This document shows positions 39,312 through 49,686 of a DNA stretch of 64,000 bases, in pieces; the stretch's first letter is position 1, and every line of letters begins with the position of its first letter. The notes beneath the pieces were generated by a model that was not told the origin of the DNA, did no database searches, and was given only the letters and a program-made list of their open reading frames with translations. The stretch comes from Gemmatimonadota bacterium (GTDB lineage Bacteria > Gemmatimonadota > Gemmatimonadetes > Longimicrobiales > Gaopeijiaceae). The DNA is taken from assembly GCA_034521595.1 (NCBI GenBank), contig JAXHMG010000003.1, positions 1,312,001-1,376,000 on the forward strand. Reading direction: 5' to 3'. A program made the position numbers and the translations under genes.

Positions 39312-40193
39312 CTATCGCTTCGCCGCCTCCTCGACGCGCCGCATCACCACGTTCACGAGCTGATCCGACGAGCCCGCCACCACGGCCCAGGCGTAGAGCG
39401 ACAGCTCCGTGTCGGCCTCGAGGGGGAGCAAGCCGCTCTGCAGGACGGTGACGACGATGACGGCGCTCAGCGCGCCGATGAACGGGCGCACGGTCCACCC
39501 CGAAGCCGAGCCCAGGAACTCGGGAATCCGCCCACCGACCCCCACCTGGCTCAGGATGTTGCTCAACAGGGCTCCGGTCCCCCCGGCCAGGACGATCACC
39601 GCCAGCGTCTCGGGGTGATGGAGGATCGACGGTGAGGCCACGGGGTCCAGAAAGAACGATACGGCCACGAGCACCAGCACGGCGGGAATCACGATCCACC
39701 GGAGGGCCGAGAACTGGACGGCGGCCGCGTTCAACTTGAAGTAGACGTTGGCGAAGTGCTGGTCGAGCAGGAACTGCGCCAGCGCCAGGTTCTCGGGGTC
39801 GACCTCTCCTTCCGTGTCGAGAAGGTCGAGGATGGCCCCACGGCGCCAGTTCGAGAGCTTCTCCTCGGCTTCCCAGCGGAGCGCCTTCCGGTGCGCCTCC
39901 CGGCTGGCGGGCGGCAGGGTCTGCAGCACGAATCGGGATGCCTGATGACAGTGCGCCCAGGCCACCTGGTCCTTTCCGTGCTCGGCGGCGTCCCGCGCGG
40001 TCGCCAAGCTGTTCCGCGCCATCCGTAGCGCGGCGCCGGGCCCCTCCGGAGGCGCCGAGGACTCCTGATACTCGACCATCCGATCGACCTCGGCCAAAGC
40101 CGCTTCGAGCCGCGCACGCCGGAGATCGTCGACACTGCTCGTCACCGCATGGTCTTCGTGCGTGGCGCGCGCACCTTCCTCGTCCCGGGTCAT
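39312..40193 (-). CDS. Hypothetical protein: helical N-terminal domain plus about 4 C-terminal TM helices
   Basis: TM segments WIVIPAVLVLVAVSFFL, VIVLAGGTGALLS, RPFIGALSAVIVVTVL and YAWAVVAGSSD. ATGA overlap with the NUDIX gene. Confidence 0.8.
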   Translation of the reverse strand: MTRDEEGARATHEDHAVTSSVDDLRRARLEAALAEVDRMVEYQESSAPPEGPGAALRMARNSLATARDAAEHGKDQVAWAHCHQASRFVLQTLPPASREAHRKALRWEAEEKLSNWRRGAILDLLDTEGEVDPENLALAQFLLDQHFANVYFKLNAAAVQFSALRWIVIPAVLVLVAVSFFLDPVASPSILHHPETLAVIVLAGGTGALLSNILSQVGVGGRIPEFLGSASGWTVRPFIGALSAVIVVTVLQSGLLPLEADTELSLYAWAVVAGSSDQLVNVVMRRVEEAAKR

Positions 40194-40642
40194 GCCTCAC
40201 CCCCCTTGGTGGACGGGAGCAACTGCCGGAGGACGGCCCGCTCCCCGTCGTAGGTCAACCGCCGCAACGCGTCCTCCGGGGAAAGCCAATGCACGGATCG
40301 TACCTCCGTCGCGTCCGGCGTTCCCTCCTCTCCCTCGAACGCCATGGGAAAGAAGACGGTCACCTTCGGCACGCCGTCGACCGAGTACTCCGAGAAGCAG
40401 GCGGGCCCGGTCACCGTCGCGCTGCATCCGGTCTCCTCGAGGACCTCGCGCCGAGCCGCTTCGACGAGACGCTCCCCCGGCTCGAGCTTCCCCTTCGGAA
40501 GCGTCCAATCTCCTTGCCCGCCGTCCCGGTCTTCGTAGCGCGCGCGGTGGAGGACGGCGATTCTCGGCGAGGTGCGCGTCCCGCGCCACACTACGCCCCC
40601 GGCCGCGAGGACGTGGGTCGGCTTCGATTTGTCCCTGCTCAT
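40190..40642 (-). CDS. NUDIX hydrolase (Ap4A-hydrolase-like)
   Basis: AAGGVVW...WTLPKGKLEPGERLVEAARREVLEETG Nudix box. Confidence 0.93.
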   Translation of the reverse strand: MSRDKSKPTHVLAAGGVVWRGTRTSPRIAVLHRARYEDRDGGQGDWTLPKGKLEPGERLVEAARREVLEETGCSATVTGPACFSEYSVDGVPKVTVFFPMAFEGEEGTPDATEVRSVHWLSPEDALRRLTYDGERAVLRQLLPSTKGGEA

Positions 40643-40855
40643 CGGAAAGGCCCTCCGTGCAAGACGCTCGGTGAAGGATCGGCGGCCACACGCCTTTTCA
40701 AGGTACGGACGGACCGGGCCCGTGAAACAGAGCTTCCGGACCGACGCTCGCGCTCGAGGGTCGACCGCCGTATTCTGCGGCGACGACGCTCGGCGCCCCT
40801 CGACGACGGTTCGCGGCGGCGTGGGAGCTCATGCACACTCGAGCAGGAGCGCGAT

Positions 40856-41872
40856 GTGAGGGTCGGCACGAACCTGCGGATGGTGCTCGCGGGATTGGCT
40901 GTCGGGGCCTGCGACGTCGAGCCTGCCGCCCCACCTTCCGATCCTCTCGAGCCCGCCGACCGCGCGAACGAGGTGCTTCCGTGGGCGTTCGTGCTCAACG
41001 ACCCGGCGCCCGACGACGCGGAGCCCGCGGATCCGGACGAGATCGTGAGCGTCCCGGGCTCGGAACTCGAGCTCCGCCGCGGCGACATCAACCTCGACAA
41101 CGGCCCTCCGGACTGGCACCCGGACGGGCATCCGCCCATGCCCGAGGTGGTCGCGCGGGGCGGAGACGAGAGCGACGTGCTCGCTTGCGCGTACTGTCAC
41201 CTCCCCAACGGCCAGGGCAAGCCCGAGAACGCGGGGCTGGCGGGACAGCCGTACGAATACCTCGTCCAGCAGATGAAGGACTATCGGAACGGCCTGCGCC
41301 GAACCGGAGAGCCGCGCATGGGTCCGCCGTCCCTGATGATGTCCATCGGGGCCGCCGCGACCGACGAGGAGGCGCGTGTCGCGGCCGAGTACTTCTCGTC
41401 GATCGACTTCAAGCCCTGGATCCGCGTCGTCGAGACCGACTCCGTCCCCGTGACCCGCTTCGCGGGCTGGATCCACGAAGTGGTCGAAGGCGAAGGCAGG
41501 GAGCCGATCGGAAACCGGGTCGTGGAGATCCCGGAGAGCCTGGAGCGCACGAAGCTGCGGGACGACGCATCGGGCTTCATCGCCTATGTGCCGGAAGGTG
41601 CAGTGGCGCGGGGAGAGACGCTGGTCCGGACGGGTGGCGCGGACGGACGCACGGTCGCGTGCACCGTCTGCCACGGCGAGGACCTCCGTGGTCTGGGACC
41701 CGTGCCCGCGCTGGCGGGACGCTCACCGAGCTACATGGTGCGCCAGCTCTACGACTTGAAGGCGGGAAACCGAGCGGGCACCTGGTCCGACCTGATGGAC
41801 GCGGCCGTGGCCGACCTCACGGTGCGAGACGTGGTCGACATCGTGGCGTACACGGCGAGCCTGGAGCCGTAA
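40856..41872 (+). CDS. Diheme cytochrome c (c4/c553-like) lipoprotein
   Basis: RBS CAGGAG plus GTG; lipobox VGAC; CAYCH and CTVCH; LAGQPYEYLVQQM and PALAGRSPSYMVRQL. Confidence 0.9.
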   Translation: MRVGTNLRMVLAGLAVGACDVEPAAPPSDPLEPADRANEVLPWAFVLNDPAPDDAEPADPDEIVSVPGSELELRRGDINLDNGPPDWHPDGHPPMPEVVARGGDESDVLACAYCHLPNGQGKPENAGLAGQPYEYLVQQMKDYRNGLRRTGEPRMGPPSLMMSIGAAATDEEARVAAEYFSSIDFKPWIRVVETDSVPVTRFAGWIHEVVEGEGREPIGNRVVEIPESLERTKLRDDASGFIAYVPEGAVARGETLVRTGGADGRTVACTVCHGEDLRGLGPVPALAGRSPSYMVRQLYDLKAGNRAGTWSDLMDAAVADLTVRDVVDIVAYTASLEP

Positions 41873-42002
41873 GCGTGGGTGCGTGCCGCCGGGCGTGAGC
41901 CGACCACGCCGACTTGCTGTCACGGCGACCGGCTTCTAACCTGCCCCGGGCCCTCCCGCACATTCGAAGTCCGTACATCTTCCTTCCCGGGAGGCAGGAT
42001 TC

Positions 42003-43664
42003 ATGTCCTCACGTTCTTCTTCCGAAGGGCTCGCACGCTCACCGGACCTGAGCCGGGAACGGGGGACCGGTCCCGTCCGTCGGGAGCGCCCCCTGTTCGT
42101 GGATCTGCTTCCGCCCTGCGACAATGCCTGCCCCGCGGGCGAGCATATCCAGGAGTGGCTCGCGCATACCGAGGCCGGACGCTTCGAGGAAGCGTGGCGC
42201 ACCATCATGCGGGACAATCCTTTCCCCGCCCTCCACGGCCGGGTCTGCTACCACCCGTGTGAGACGGACTGCAACCGGGAGAAGCTCGACGGTGCCGTGA
42301 GCATCCACGCCGTGGAGCGGTTCCTGGGAGACAGGGCGATCGAGGAAGGGTGGTCCGTGCCGGTGGAGGCCCCAGCGTCGGGGAAGCGGGTCCTGATCGT
42401 GGGCGCCGGGCCCGCGGGACTCTCGGCCGCATACCACCTCCGGCTGGCGGGGCACGAGGTGGAGATCCGCGACGCCGGCCCCCGGGCCGGAGGGATGATG
42501 CACTTCGGCATCCCGGCCTACCGCCTGCCTCGCGACGTCCTCGCCGCGGAGATCGGCACCATCGAGGCGATGGGCGTGGAGATCACGCTGAACCACAAGG
42601 TGGAGGACCTGGCCCGGGAAAAGGAGGAGGGTGGTTTCGACGCGGCCTTCGTGGCCGTGGGAGCCCATCTCTCTCGCCGGACGGAGATCCCTGCGCGTGA
42701 CGCCGGACAGATGCTCGATGCGCTGGACTATCTCCGGGATGTAGAGGGCGGCGCCCCTCCACGCCTGGGACGCACGGTGGCGATCTACGGGGGTGGCAAC
42801 ACCGCCGTGGACGCCGCACGCACGGCTCTCCGAATGGGTCACGAGCCGCTGATCATCTACCGACGGGACCGGGAGCACGCGCCCGCCCACGATGAAGAGA
42901 TGGAGGACGCGCTCGCGGAGGGGGTCAAGGTACATTGGCTCCGCACCATCAAGTCCGTGGAAGGACGCGAATTTCAGGTCGAGGTCATGGAGCTGGACGA
43001 GGAAGGACGTCCACGTCCGACCGGGGCGGTGGAATCGTTGGAAGCCGATGATTTGATCCTGGCCCTCGGACAGGAGACGGACACCTCGTTCCTCGACACC
43101 TTCCCGGAGATCGAGCGGGCATCGGACGGCACGGTCGTGGTCGGACCCGATTTCATGACGGGCGCGCCGGGCGTGTTCGCGGGCGGTGACATGGTCCCGG
43201 CGAAGCGCATGGTCACGGTGGCGGTGGGGCACGGGAAGGAGGCCGCCCACCACATGAACGCGTGGCTTCGGGGCGAAAGCTTCGAGCATGACCCCTCCCC
43301 CGAGCTGGCTTCGTTCGAGAAGCTGAACCTGTGGTTCTACACCGACGCGCACCGTCGGCCGCAGCCGACACTCGAGAGCCGGGAGCGCACCACTTCGTTC
43401 CGAGAGGTCGTGGGCCCTCTCGCCGAAGCCGATGCGGTGCGCGAAGCGAAGCGGTGCCTGTCGTGCGGAAACTGCTTCGAGTGTGACGGCTGCTACGCCG
43501 CGTGTCCGGAGGACGCCATCATCAAGCTGGGGCCCGGCAAGCGCTACGCCTTCGACTACGACCTATGCACCGGGTGCGCGATCTGCTATCAGCAATGCCC
43601 GTGCGCCGCGATCGACATGATCCCGGAGCCGGAAGACGACGCACGAGAGGAGCCGACGCCGTGA
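42003..43664 (+). CDS. GltD/SudA-like FAD/NAD(P) oxidoreductase with a C-terminal ferredoxin domain
   Basis: PCDNACPAG, GRVCYHPCETDCNR, VGAGPAG, YGGGNTA, FAGGD, CLSCGNCFECDGCYAACP, CTGCAICYQQCP. Confidence 0.92.
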   Translation: MSSRSSSEGLARSPDLSRERGTGPVRRERPLFVDLLPPCDNACPAGEHIQEWLAHTEAGRFEEAWRTIMRDNPFPALHGRVCYHPCETDCNREKLDGAVSIHAVERFLGDRAIEEGWSVPVEAPASGKRVLIVGAGPAGLSAAYHLRLAGHEVEIRDAGPRAGGMMHFGIPAYRLPRDVLAAEIGTIEAMGVEITLNHKVEDLAREKEEGGFDAAFVAVGAHLSRRTEIPARDAGQMLDALDYLRDVEGGAPPRLGRTVAIYGGGNTAVDAARTALRMGHEPLIIYRRDREHAPAHDEEMEDALAEGVKVHWLRTIKSVEGREFQVEVMELDEEGRPRPTGAVESLEADDLILALGQETDTSFLDTFPEIERASDGTVVVGPDFMTGAPGVFAGGDMVPAKRMVTVAVGHGKEAAHHMNAWLRGESFEHDPSPELASFEKLNLWFYTDAHRRPQPTLESRERTTSFREVVGPLAEADAVREAKRCLSCGNCFECDGCYAACPEDAIIKLGPGKRYAFDYDLCTGCAICYQQCPCAAIDMIPEPEDDAREEPTP

Positions 43665-46600
43665 CCGCGATCGTGGACGGAAACCGGGCCTGCGCCGAGG
43701 TGGCGTACCGGATGAGCGAAGTCTGTGCCATCTACCCCATCACGCCGAGCTCTCCGATGGCGGAGCTCGCGGACCAGTGGACGGCGGAAGGGCGTGCGAA
43801 CCTCTGGGGCACGACACCCCGGGTGGTGGAGATGCAGAGCGAGGGGGGTGCCGCCGGGGCGGTGCACGGAGCGCTGCAGGGAGGCGCGCTCACCAGCACG
43901 TTCACGGCGTCCCAGGGCCTCCTTCTGATGATCCCCAACATGTTCAAGATCGCCGGTGAGCTGACGCCCGCGGTCTTTCACGTGGCGGCGCGGTCGGTGG
44001 CCACGCACGCCCTCTCCATCTTCGGGGATCATTCCGACGTGATGGCGACGCGTGGCACGGGGTTCGCCTTCCTCGCGTCGGCATCCGTGCAGGAGGCCCA
44101 GGACCTGGCCGCCATCGCCCACGCCGCGACCCTCGAGAGCAGGATCCCCTTCGTCCACTTCTTCGACGGATTCCGAACGTCACACGAAGTGACCCGGATC
44201 GACCCGCTCTCCGACGAAGAGCTCCGGGCGATGGTGGTCGAGAACCTTCTGCTCGACCATCGGGCCCGCGCGTTGAACCCCGAGCGCCCCGTGCTGCGGG
44301 GCTCGGCTCAGAATCCCGATGTCTTCTTCCAGGCGCGGGAAGCGTCGAATCCGTTTCACGCGAGGGCTCCGGAGCTCGTGTCCGGAGCCATGGCTCGCTT
44401 CGCGGAGCTGACCGGCCGCCGATACCGCCCCTTCGACTACTTCGGACACCCGGAGGCGGAGCGTGTGGTGGTCGTGATGGGCTCGGGCGGAGAGACCGCG
44501 AAAGAGACGGTCGAACATCTCGCGGCCGCGGGCGAGCGCGTCGGTGTGATCCAGGTCCGCCTGTTTCGACCGTTCTCGATGCCGCACCTCCTCGAAGTCC
44601 TCCCACCGAGCGTCGGCAAGATGGCCGTGTTGGACCGGACGAAGGAGCCCGGAGCTTCGGGGGAGCCCCTCTACCTCGACGTGGTGGCCACGCTCGACCG
44701 AGCCTCGGCCGAAGGCACGCTTCCCCGCGCGGAAGTCCCGACCGTGGTCGGTGGGCGGTACGGGCTTTCGTCGAAGGAGTTCACGCCCGGCATGGTGAAG
44801 GGCGTGTTGGACGCGCTGAAGGAGGATCGCCCGCGACACGGCTTCACGGTGGGCATCCACGACGATGTCTCCGGCTCGGACGTCCCCTGGGACCCCACGT
44901 TCGAGATCGAGGACGACGACGTCTTCCGAGCCGTCTTCTACGGACTCGGGGCCGACGGGACGGTCGGCGCGAACAAGAACACGATCGAGATCCTCGGGCA
45001 GGATCCCGACATCCACCCACAGGGATACTTCGTCTACGACTCCAAGAAGTCCGGTTCCCGTACGGTCTCCCACGTCCGGTTCGGCTCCTCACCGATCCGA
45101 GCTCCGTACTTGGTCCGCTCCGCCCATTTCATCGGATGCCACCAGTTCCATTTCCTGGAGACCATGGACGTGCTGGCGCACGCGAAGGCCGGCGGGACCT
45201 TTCTCCTGAACAGCCCCTGGGGGCCGGACGAGGTCTGGGACCACCTGCCTCGATCGGTGCAGGAGACGATCCTGGAGAAAGAGCTGTCGTTCTGGGTGGT
45301 GGACGCCGCCGCGGTCGCGAAGGAAACGGGGCTCGGGGCACGCATCAACACGGTGATGCAGACGTGCTTCTTCGCGATCTCACACGTCATTCCCCGAGAC
45401 GACGCGCTGGAGCGCATCAAGGGCTCCATCCGAGAGACCTACGGGAAGAAGGGAGAAGAGGTCGTCCGCAAGAACATCGACGCGGTGGAGGGCACTCTGG
45501 AGCGGCTGCACGAAGTGGCGGTTCCCGACCGCGTCACGACGTCGCGAACCCGGCTGCCATTGGTGCCGCCCGAAGCCCCGACATTTGTCCGAGAAGTGAC
45601 GGCGGTCATGCTGGAGGGCCGAGGAGACCACCTGCCGGTGAGCGCGTTCACGCCCGACGGAAGCTTCCCGGTGGGTACGACCCGTTGGGAGAAGCGCAAC
45701 GTCTCGGACGAGGTGGCGGAGTGGGAACCGGAGATCTGCATCCAGTGCGGGAACTGTGCCTTCGTCTGCCCTCACGGGGTCATCCGGGCCAAGGCCTATC
45801 CGGAATCCGAGCTGGAAGGGGCTCCCGAGGACTTTCCCTCCGCGCCCATCGGCACCCGCGGGTTTCCCGACACCCGATACACGCTCCACGTGCACGTGGA
45901 GGACTGTACGGGATGCGGGCTCTGCGTCGAAGCCTGCCCGGCCGTGGACCTCACGAAGCCCCGGCGGAAGGCGATCAACATGACCGAGAAGGCGGGCCTC
46001 TTGGACCGGGAGCGCCGTAACGAGCGTTTCTTCGAGACGCTTCCCTGGAACGACCGGTCGTCGGTGGACTTCGGCACGGTCCGGGGCGCCCAGTTCCTGG
46101 AGCCCCTCTTCGAGTTCTCGGGCGCGTGCGCGGGCTGCGGAGAGACTCCTTACCTCAAGCTCTTGTCCCAGCTCTTCGGGGACCGTGCGCTGGTGGCCAA
46201 CGCCACGGGATGCTCCTCGATCTACGGCGGGAACCTTCCCACCACTCCGTGGGCGGCCAATGCCGAAGGACGGGGTCCGGCGTGGTCCAACTCGCTTTTC
46301 GAGGACAACGCGGAGTTCGGGTTGGGGATGCGGATGGCCGCGGACCGGCTCCTGAACGAGGCCCGACGGCTCCTTGGAGCCGTGGCGCCGAACCTCCCGG
46401 ACCCGGAGCTGGCGTCGACGATCCTGGAGGCACCCCAGTCCACCGAGCCGCAGATCGTCGAGCAGCGGAAGCGGGTCTCGGAGCTCCGAGCCGCGCTGCG
46501 TGACATGCCCGACGACCCACGAGCCGGTCGTTTGGCCTCCGTCGCCGACCACCTCGTGCGGCGGAGCGTCTGGATCGTGGGCGGGGACGGGTGGGCTTAC

Positions 46601-47212
46601 GACATCGGAGCCGGAGGCCTGGACCACGTTCTGGCTCAGGGGATGGACGTCAACGTGCTCGTCCTCGACACCGAGGTCTATTCGAACACCGGAGGACAGG
46701 CCTCGAAGGCCACGCCGCTCGGAGCCGTCGCGAAGTTCGCGTACGGTGGAAAACGGCTCGGAAAGAAGGACCTCTTCCTTCAAGCCTCCTCCTACCAGAA
46801 CGTCTACGTGGCCCGCGTGGCCTTCGGGGACAACCCGCAACAGACCCTGCAGGCGTTCCGCGAGGCGGAGACCTACCCCGGGCCTTCCCTCATCCTCGCG
46901 TACAGCCCTTGCATCGCCCACGGCTACGACCTGCGGCTGGGGCTCGAGCAGCAGCAGCGGGCCGTGGACACCGGGTACTGGCCCCTGATGCGGTACAACC
47001 CGGCACGCAAGGGCACCGGCGAGAGCCCGTTCCTGCTCGATTCGGTCCGACCGAGCCGCCCCCTCGCCGAGTTCACGGAGCAGGAGTTGAGATATCGGCT
47101 CCTGCGTCAGACGGCCCCCGACGAAGCCGAAGCGCTCATGCGGGAGGCGCAGGAAGGGGTCACGAGGCGTTGGCAGCTCTATGAAGAGCTGTCCACTGGA
47201 ATCCACGGATGA
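43661..47212 (+). CDS. nifJ: Pyruvate:ferredoxin (flavodoxin) oxidoreductase
   Basis: GTG overlapping the upstream stop; AIYPITPSSPM, EMQSEGGAAG, DGFRTSHE, CIQCGNCAFVCP, FSGACAGCGE, GGDGWAYDIG. Confidence 0.97.
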   Translation: MTAIVDGNRACAEVAYRMSEVCAIYPITPSSPMAELADQWTAEGRANLWGTTPRVVEMQSEGGAAGAVHGALQGGALTSTFTASQGLLLMIPNMFKIAGELTPAVFHVAARSVATHALSIFGDHSDVMATRGTGFAFLASASVQEAQDLAAIAHAATLESRIPFVHFFDGFRTSHEVTRIDPLSDEELRAMVVENLLLDHRARALNPERPVLRGSAQNPDVFFQAREASNPFHARAPELVSGAMARFAELTGRRYRPFDYFGHPEAERVVVVMGSGGETAKETVEHLAAAGERVGVIQVRLFRPFSMPHLLEVLPPSVGKMAVLDRTKEPGASGEPLYLDVVATLDRASAEGTLPRAEVPTVVGGRYGLSSKEFTPGMVKGVLDALKEDRPRHGFTVGIHDDVSGSDVPWDPTFEIEDDDVFRAVFYGLGADGTVGANKNTIEILGQDPDIHPQGYFVYDSKKSGSRTVSHVRFGSSPIRAPYLVRSAHFIGCHQFHFLETMDVLAHAKAGGTFLLNSPWGPDEVWDHLPRSVQETILEKELSFWVVDAAAVAKETGLGARINTVMQTCFFAISHVIPRDDALERIKGSIRETYGKKGEEVVRKNIDAVEGTLERLHEVAVPDRVTTSRTRLPLVPPEAPTFVREVTAVMLEGRGDHLPVSAFTPDGSFPVGTTRWEKRNVSDEVAEWEPEICIQCGNCAFVCPHGVIRAKAYPESELEGAPEDFPSAPIGTRGFPDTRYTLHVHVEDCTGCGLCVEACPAVDLTKPRRKAINMTEKAGLLDRERRNERFFETLPWNDRSSVDFGTVRGAQFLEPLFEFSGACAGCGETPYLKLLSQLFGDRALVANATGCSSIYGGNLPTTPWAANAEGRGPAWSNSLFEDNAEFGLGMRMAADRLLNEARRLLGAVAPNLPDPELASTILEAPQSTEPQIVEQRKRVSELRAALRDMPDDPRAGRLASVADHLVRRSVWIVGGDGWAYDIGAGGLDHVLAQGMDVNVLVLDTEVYSNTGGQASKATPLGAVAKFAYGGKRLGKKDLFLQASSYQNVYVARVAFGDNPQQTLQAFREAETYPGPSLILAYSPCIAHGYDLRLGLEQQQRAVDTGYWPLMRYNPARKGTGESPFLLDSVRPSRPLAEFTEQELRYRLLRQTAPDEAEALMREAQEGVTRRWQLYEELSTGIHG

Positions 47213-47243
47213 ACGGCCACGCGCGAGTCGGGGAGGAGGTCGC

Positions 47244-48260
47244 ATGGAGTTGAAGACGCGGTATCTGGGTCTCGAGCTGGAGCACCCGGTGGTGGCCTCG
47301 GCCTCGCCGTTGTCGCAAAAGCTGGAGGGGATCCGCGCGCTGGAGGACGGAGGCGCCTCCGCCGTGGTCCTCTTCTCGCTCTTCGAAGAACAGATCCGGC
47401 ATGAGGCCGCCGCATACGAACATCTGACCCGTGTGGGGACCGAGAGCTTCGGTGAGGCGCTCTCCTACTTCCCGGAGGTCGACGACTACCAGGTCGGCCC
47501 ACAGGAGTACCTCGAGCTGATCCGTCGAGCCCGCGAAGCGGTTTCCATACCCGTGATCGGGAGCTTGAACGGAGTCACGCCTTCGGGATGGATCGAGTAC
47601 GCCGGCCTCATCGAGGAAGCCGGCGCGTCGGCCCTGGAGCTGAACATCTTCCACATCCCCGCGGATCTCGACGAGAGTGGTCGGGACGTGGAAGCCCGTT
47701 ACGAAGAGATCGTGCACCGCGTCAAGACGACGGTCTCGATTCCCTTGGCGGTGAAGCTCGGTCCGTACTTCTCCGCCACGGGTGACATGGCCCGGCGACT
47801 CACGGCCGCGGGCGCGGACGCGCTGGTCCTGTTCAACCGGTTCTACCAGCCCGACTTCGACCTGGACAACCTGGCGGTCAGCCCGGACCTGGAGTTGAGC
47901 AGCGCCTCGGAGATCCGGCTGCCGCTCCTGTGGATCGGGGTGCTCAAGGGGCGGATTTCAGTGGACCTGGCGGCCACGACCGGAGTCGAGCGGGGCCGAG
48001 AGGTGATGAAGTACCTACTGGCCGGAGCGGATGCGGTGATGACCACGTCGAGCCTCCTTCGTCACGGGCCGGAGCACGCCCGAACCCTTGTCCGGGAGCT
48101 CGTGGAATGGATGGAGCAAACCGGGTACGAGTCGGTGGAACAGATGAAGGGAGCGATGAGTCAGGAACGCGTCGCGGACCCCACCGCCTTCGAGCGAGCC
48201 AACTACGTCCGGGCGCTTCAGGAATACCGCAACGCACGCACGGAAGCCGGGCACATGTGA
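47244..48260 (+). CDS. Dihydroorotate dehydrogenase-like flavoprotein
   Basis: GGAGGAGG RBS; L.T.YLGLELEHPVVASASP, SLFEEQI, IPVIGSLN, LELNI, VKLGPYFS, LFNRFYQPD, FERANY. Confidence 0.92.
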   Translation: MELKTRYLGLELEHPVVASASPLSQKLEGIRALEDGGASAVVLFSLFEEQIRHEAAAYEHLTRVGTESFGEALSYFPEVDDYQVGPQEYLELIRRAREAVSIPVIGSLNGVTPSGWIEYAGLIEEAGASALELNIFHIPADLDESGRDVEARYEEIVHRVKTTVSIPLAVKLGPYFSATGDMARRLTAAGADALVLFNRFYQPDFDLDNLAVSPDLELSSASEIRLPLLWIGVLKGRISVDLAATTGVERGREVMKYLLAGADAVMTTSSLLRHGPEHARTLVRELVEWMEQTGYESVEQMKGAMSQERVADPTAFERANYVRALQEYRNARTEAGHM

Positions 48261-48498
48261 TCTCCACGGACGCTCTGGGCCACGCAGCGAGGCGAGAGGT
48301 AGGCGTTCAGGAGGAGGGACGCACGGCGCGAGAAGTGAGCCGAGCGACCGGGTGGGGCATTCTGTCCCTTTCCCCGGTCATCGTGTCTCCGGATTGGTGG
48401 CGTCCGCGCTCTCGAGCGGCGCTTATCCGCGGCACAGGGCATGCGCTGCCGAGCGACGGCCGTCACGTTGCCCCGCACCCCACGATGAGGAGCTCTAC

Positions 48499-48930
48499 AT
48501 GCAGGTTCGAATCTCGCGGACGGATCGGGGCTGGGTCGGAACGCGCGCCATCGCGGTGCTGGCCGCCGGTCTGGGCATCGGCTTGGGATGCGCCGATCGC
48601 TCGACGCCGGACTTCGAGGGCCGGCCAGCCGACGCTCCCCCTATCGTGGTGCGCGTTCAGAATCAGCACTTCTCCGACGTGAGGGTGCATGTATCCCGGA
48701 ACGGCCAATGGCGACGGCTCGGCAACGTGACCGGCAACACCTCGTCGAGCTTCGAGGTCCCCTCGGCCCTGACATCTCCGGCGGGTCACTACCAGTTCCG
48801 CGTCCATGCGATCGGGATGTCCGACGCGAGCGATTACGTGAGCGACCGTATCCCGGCCAACCCCGGAAACGTGATCGAGCTCACGGTCGCCTCCGTGCTC
48901 CGCATGTCGAGTTGGTCGATTCGCGAATAG
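48499..48930 (+). CDS. Small beta-sandwich lipoprotein, paralog 1
   Basis: GAGGAG RBS; lipobox LGC; ends with YVSDRIPANPGNVIELTVASVLRMSSWSIRE. Confidence 0.8.
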   Translation: MQVRISRTDRGWVGTRAIAVLAAGLGIGLGCADRSTPDFEGRPADAPPIVVRVQNQHFSDVRVHVSRNGQWRRLGNVTGNTSSSFEVPSALTSPAGHYQFRVHAIGMSDASDYVSDRIPANPGNVIELTVASVLRMSSWSIRE

Positions 48931-49160
48931 CGGCACGCCTCCTGCTTCGGCGAGTAGACGCCGGGCTTCGTTCGGAATGCCCAAGCAGGTGGACATGAAG
49001 GCCCGCAAGATCGACGTCCGGTAGGGCCCCGCGCCGCTATCGCTCCGAAGCGATAGGATGGCGGATCACATCGCCATCCTGGCGGGGCGAGCCGGCGGGT
49101 CCCAAAGCGGACCATGCCGGCCGTCCCGCGGGCCCTGGCACCGAGAGGGACGCGCCTCGG

Positions 49161-49679
49161 CTACCGAGCGTCGGAGCCGTGAATCGCGCGAGTCAGCACG
49201 GGTACGAGGCCCTGAAGCCTGGCATAGAGCGCGACCTGTCCGCGGTGGTATTCCTCGTGCGCGATTCCGTGGTACATCCATGAAAGGCGGCTCGCCTCGA
49301 TCCCGTCGAACTGTCGAATGGGACGGAGCAGCTGCGCTTCGCCCGCCGCGCGCAGTCGCTCCATACCGTCGTTGAGCGTACGCTCGAGCTCGGCCCTGAT
49401 CTCCGCCGGCGAGCCCTCCCGCACCAGACCCTCGGTGTGCTCGGCCACGAGCTCTTCGAAGGGCTTTCGGGTGAAATCGCCGTCCGCACGCGAGAGCTCC
49501 CCGGCCATCATGCAGCCCGACTCGGCGACGTGCACGAGAAGCTCCGCCAACGTTCGAGACTGCGGGTGTGGCCGGAATCCGTAGCCGTCGTCCGGCACGC
49601 CCTCCGCCTCCGCAATGAGGCTGGTGCGCGCATAGCGCCACGCTTCGAGAGCTTCGTCGAGCAGGTTCTCTTGGGTCAT
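49161..49679 (-). CDS. DinB family protein
   Basis: FRPHPQSRTLAELLVHV...HGIAHEEYHRGQVALYARLQGLVP. Confidence 0.9.
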   Translation of the reverse strand: MTQENLLDEALEAWRYARTSLIAEAEGVPDDGYGFRPHPQSRTLAELLVHVAESGCMMAGELSRADGDFTRKPFEELVAEHTEGLVREGSPAEIRAELERTLNDGMERLRAAGEAQLLRPIRQFDGIEASRLSWMYHGIAHEEYHRGQVALYARLQGLVPVLTRAIHGSDAR

Positions 49680-49686
49680 GGGCACC

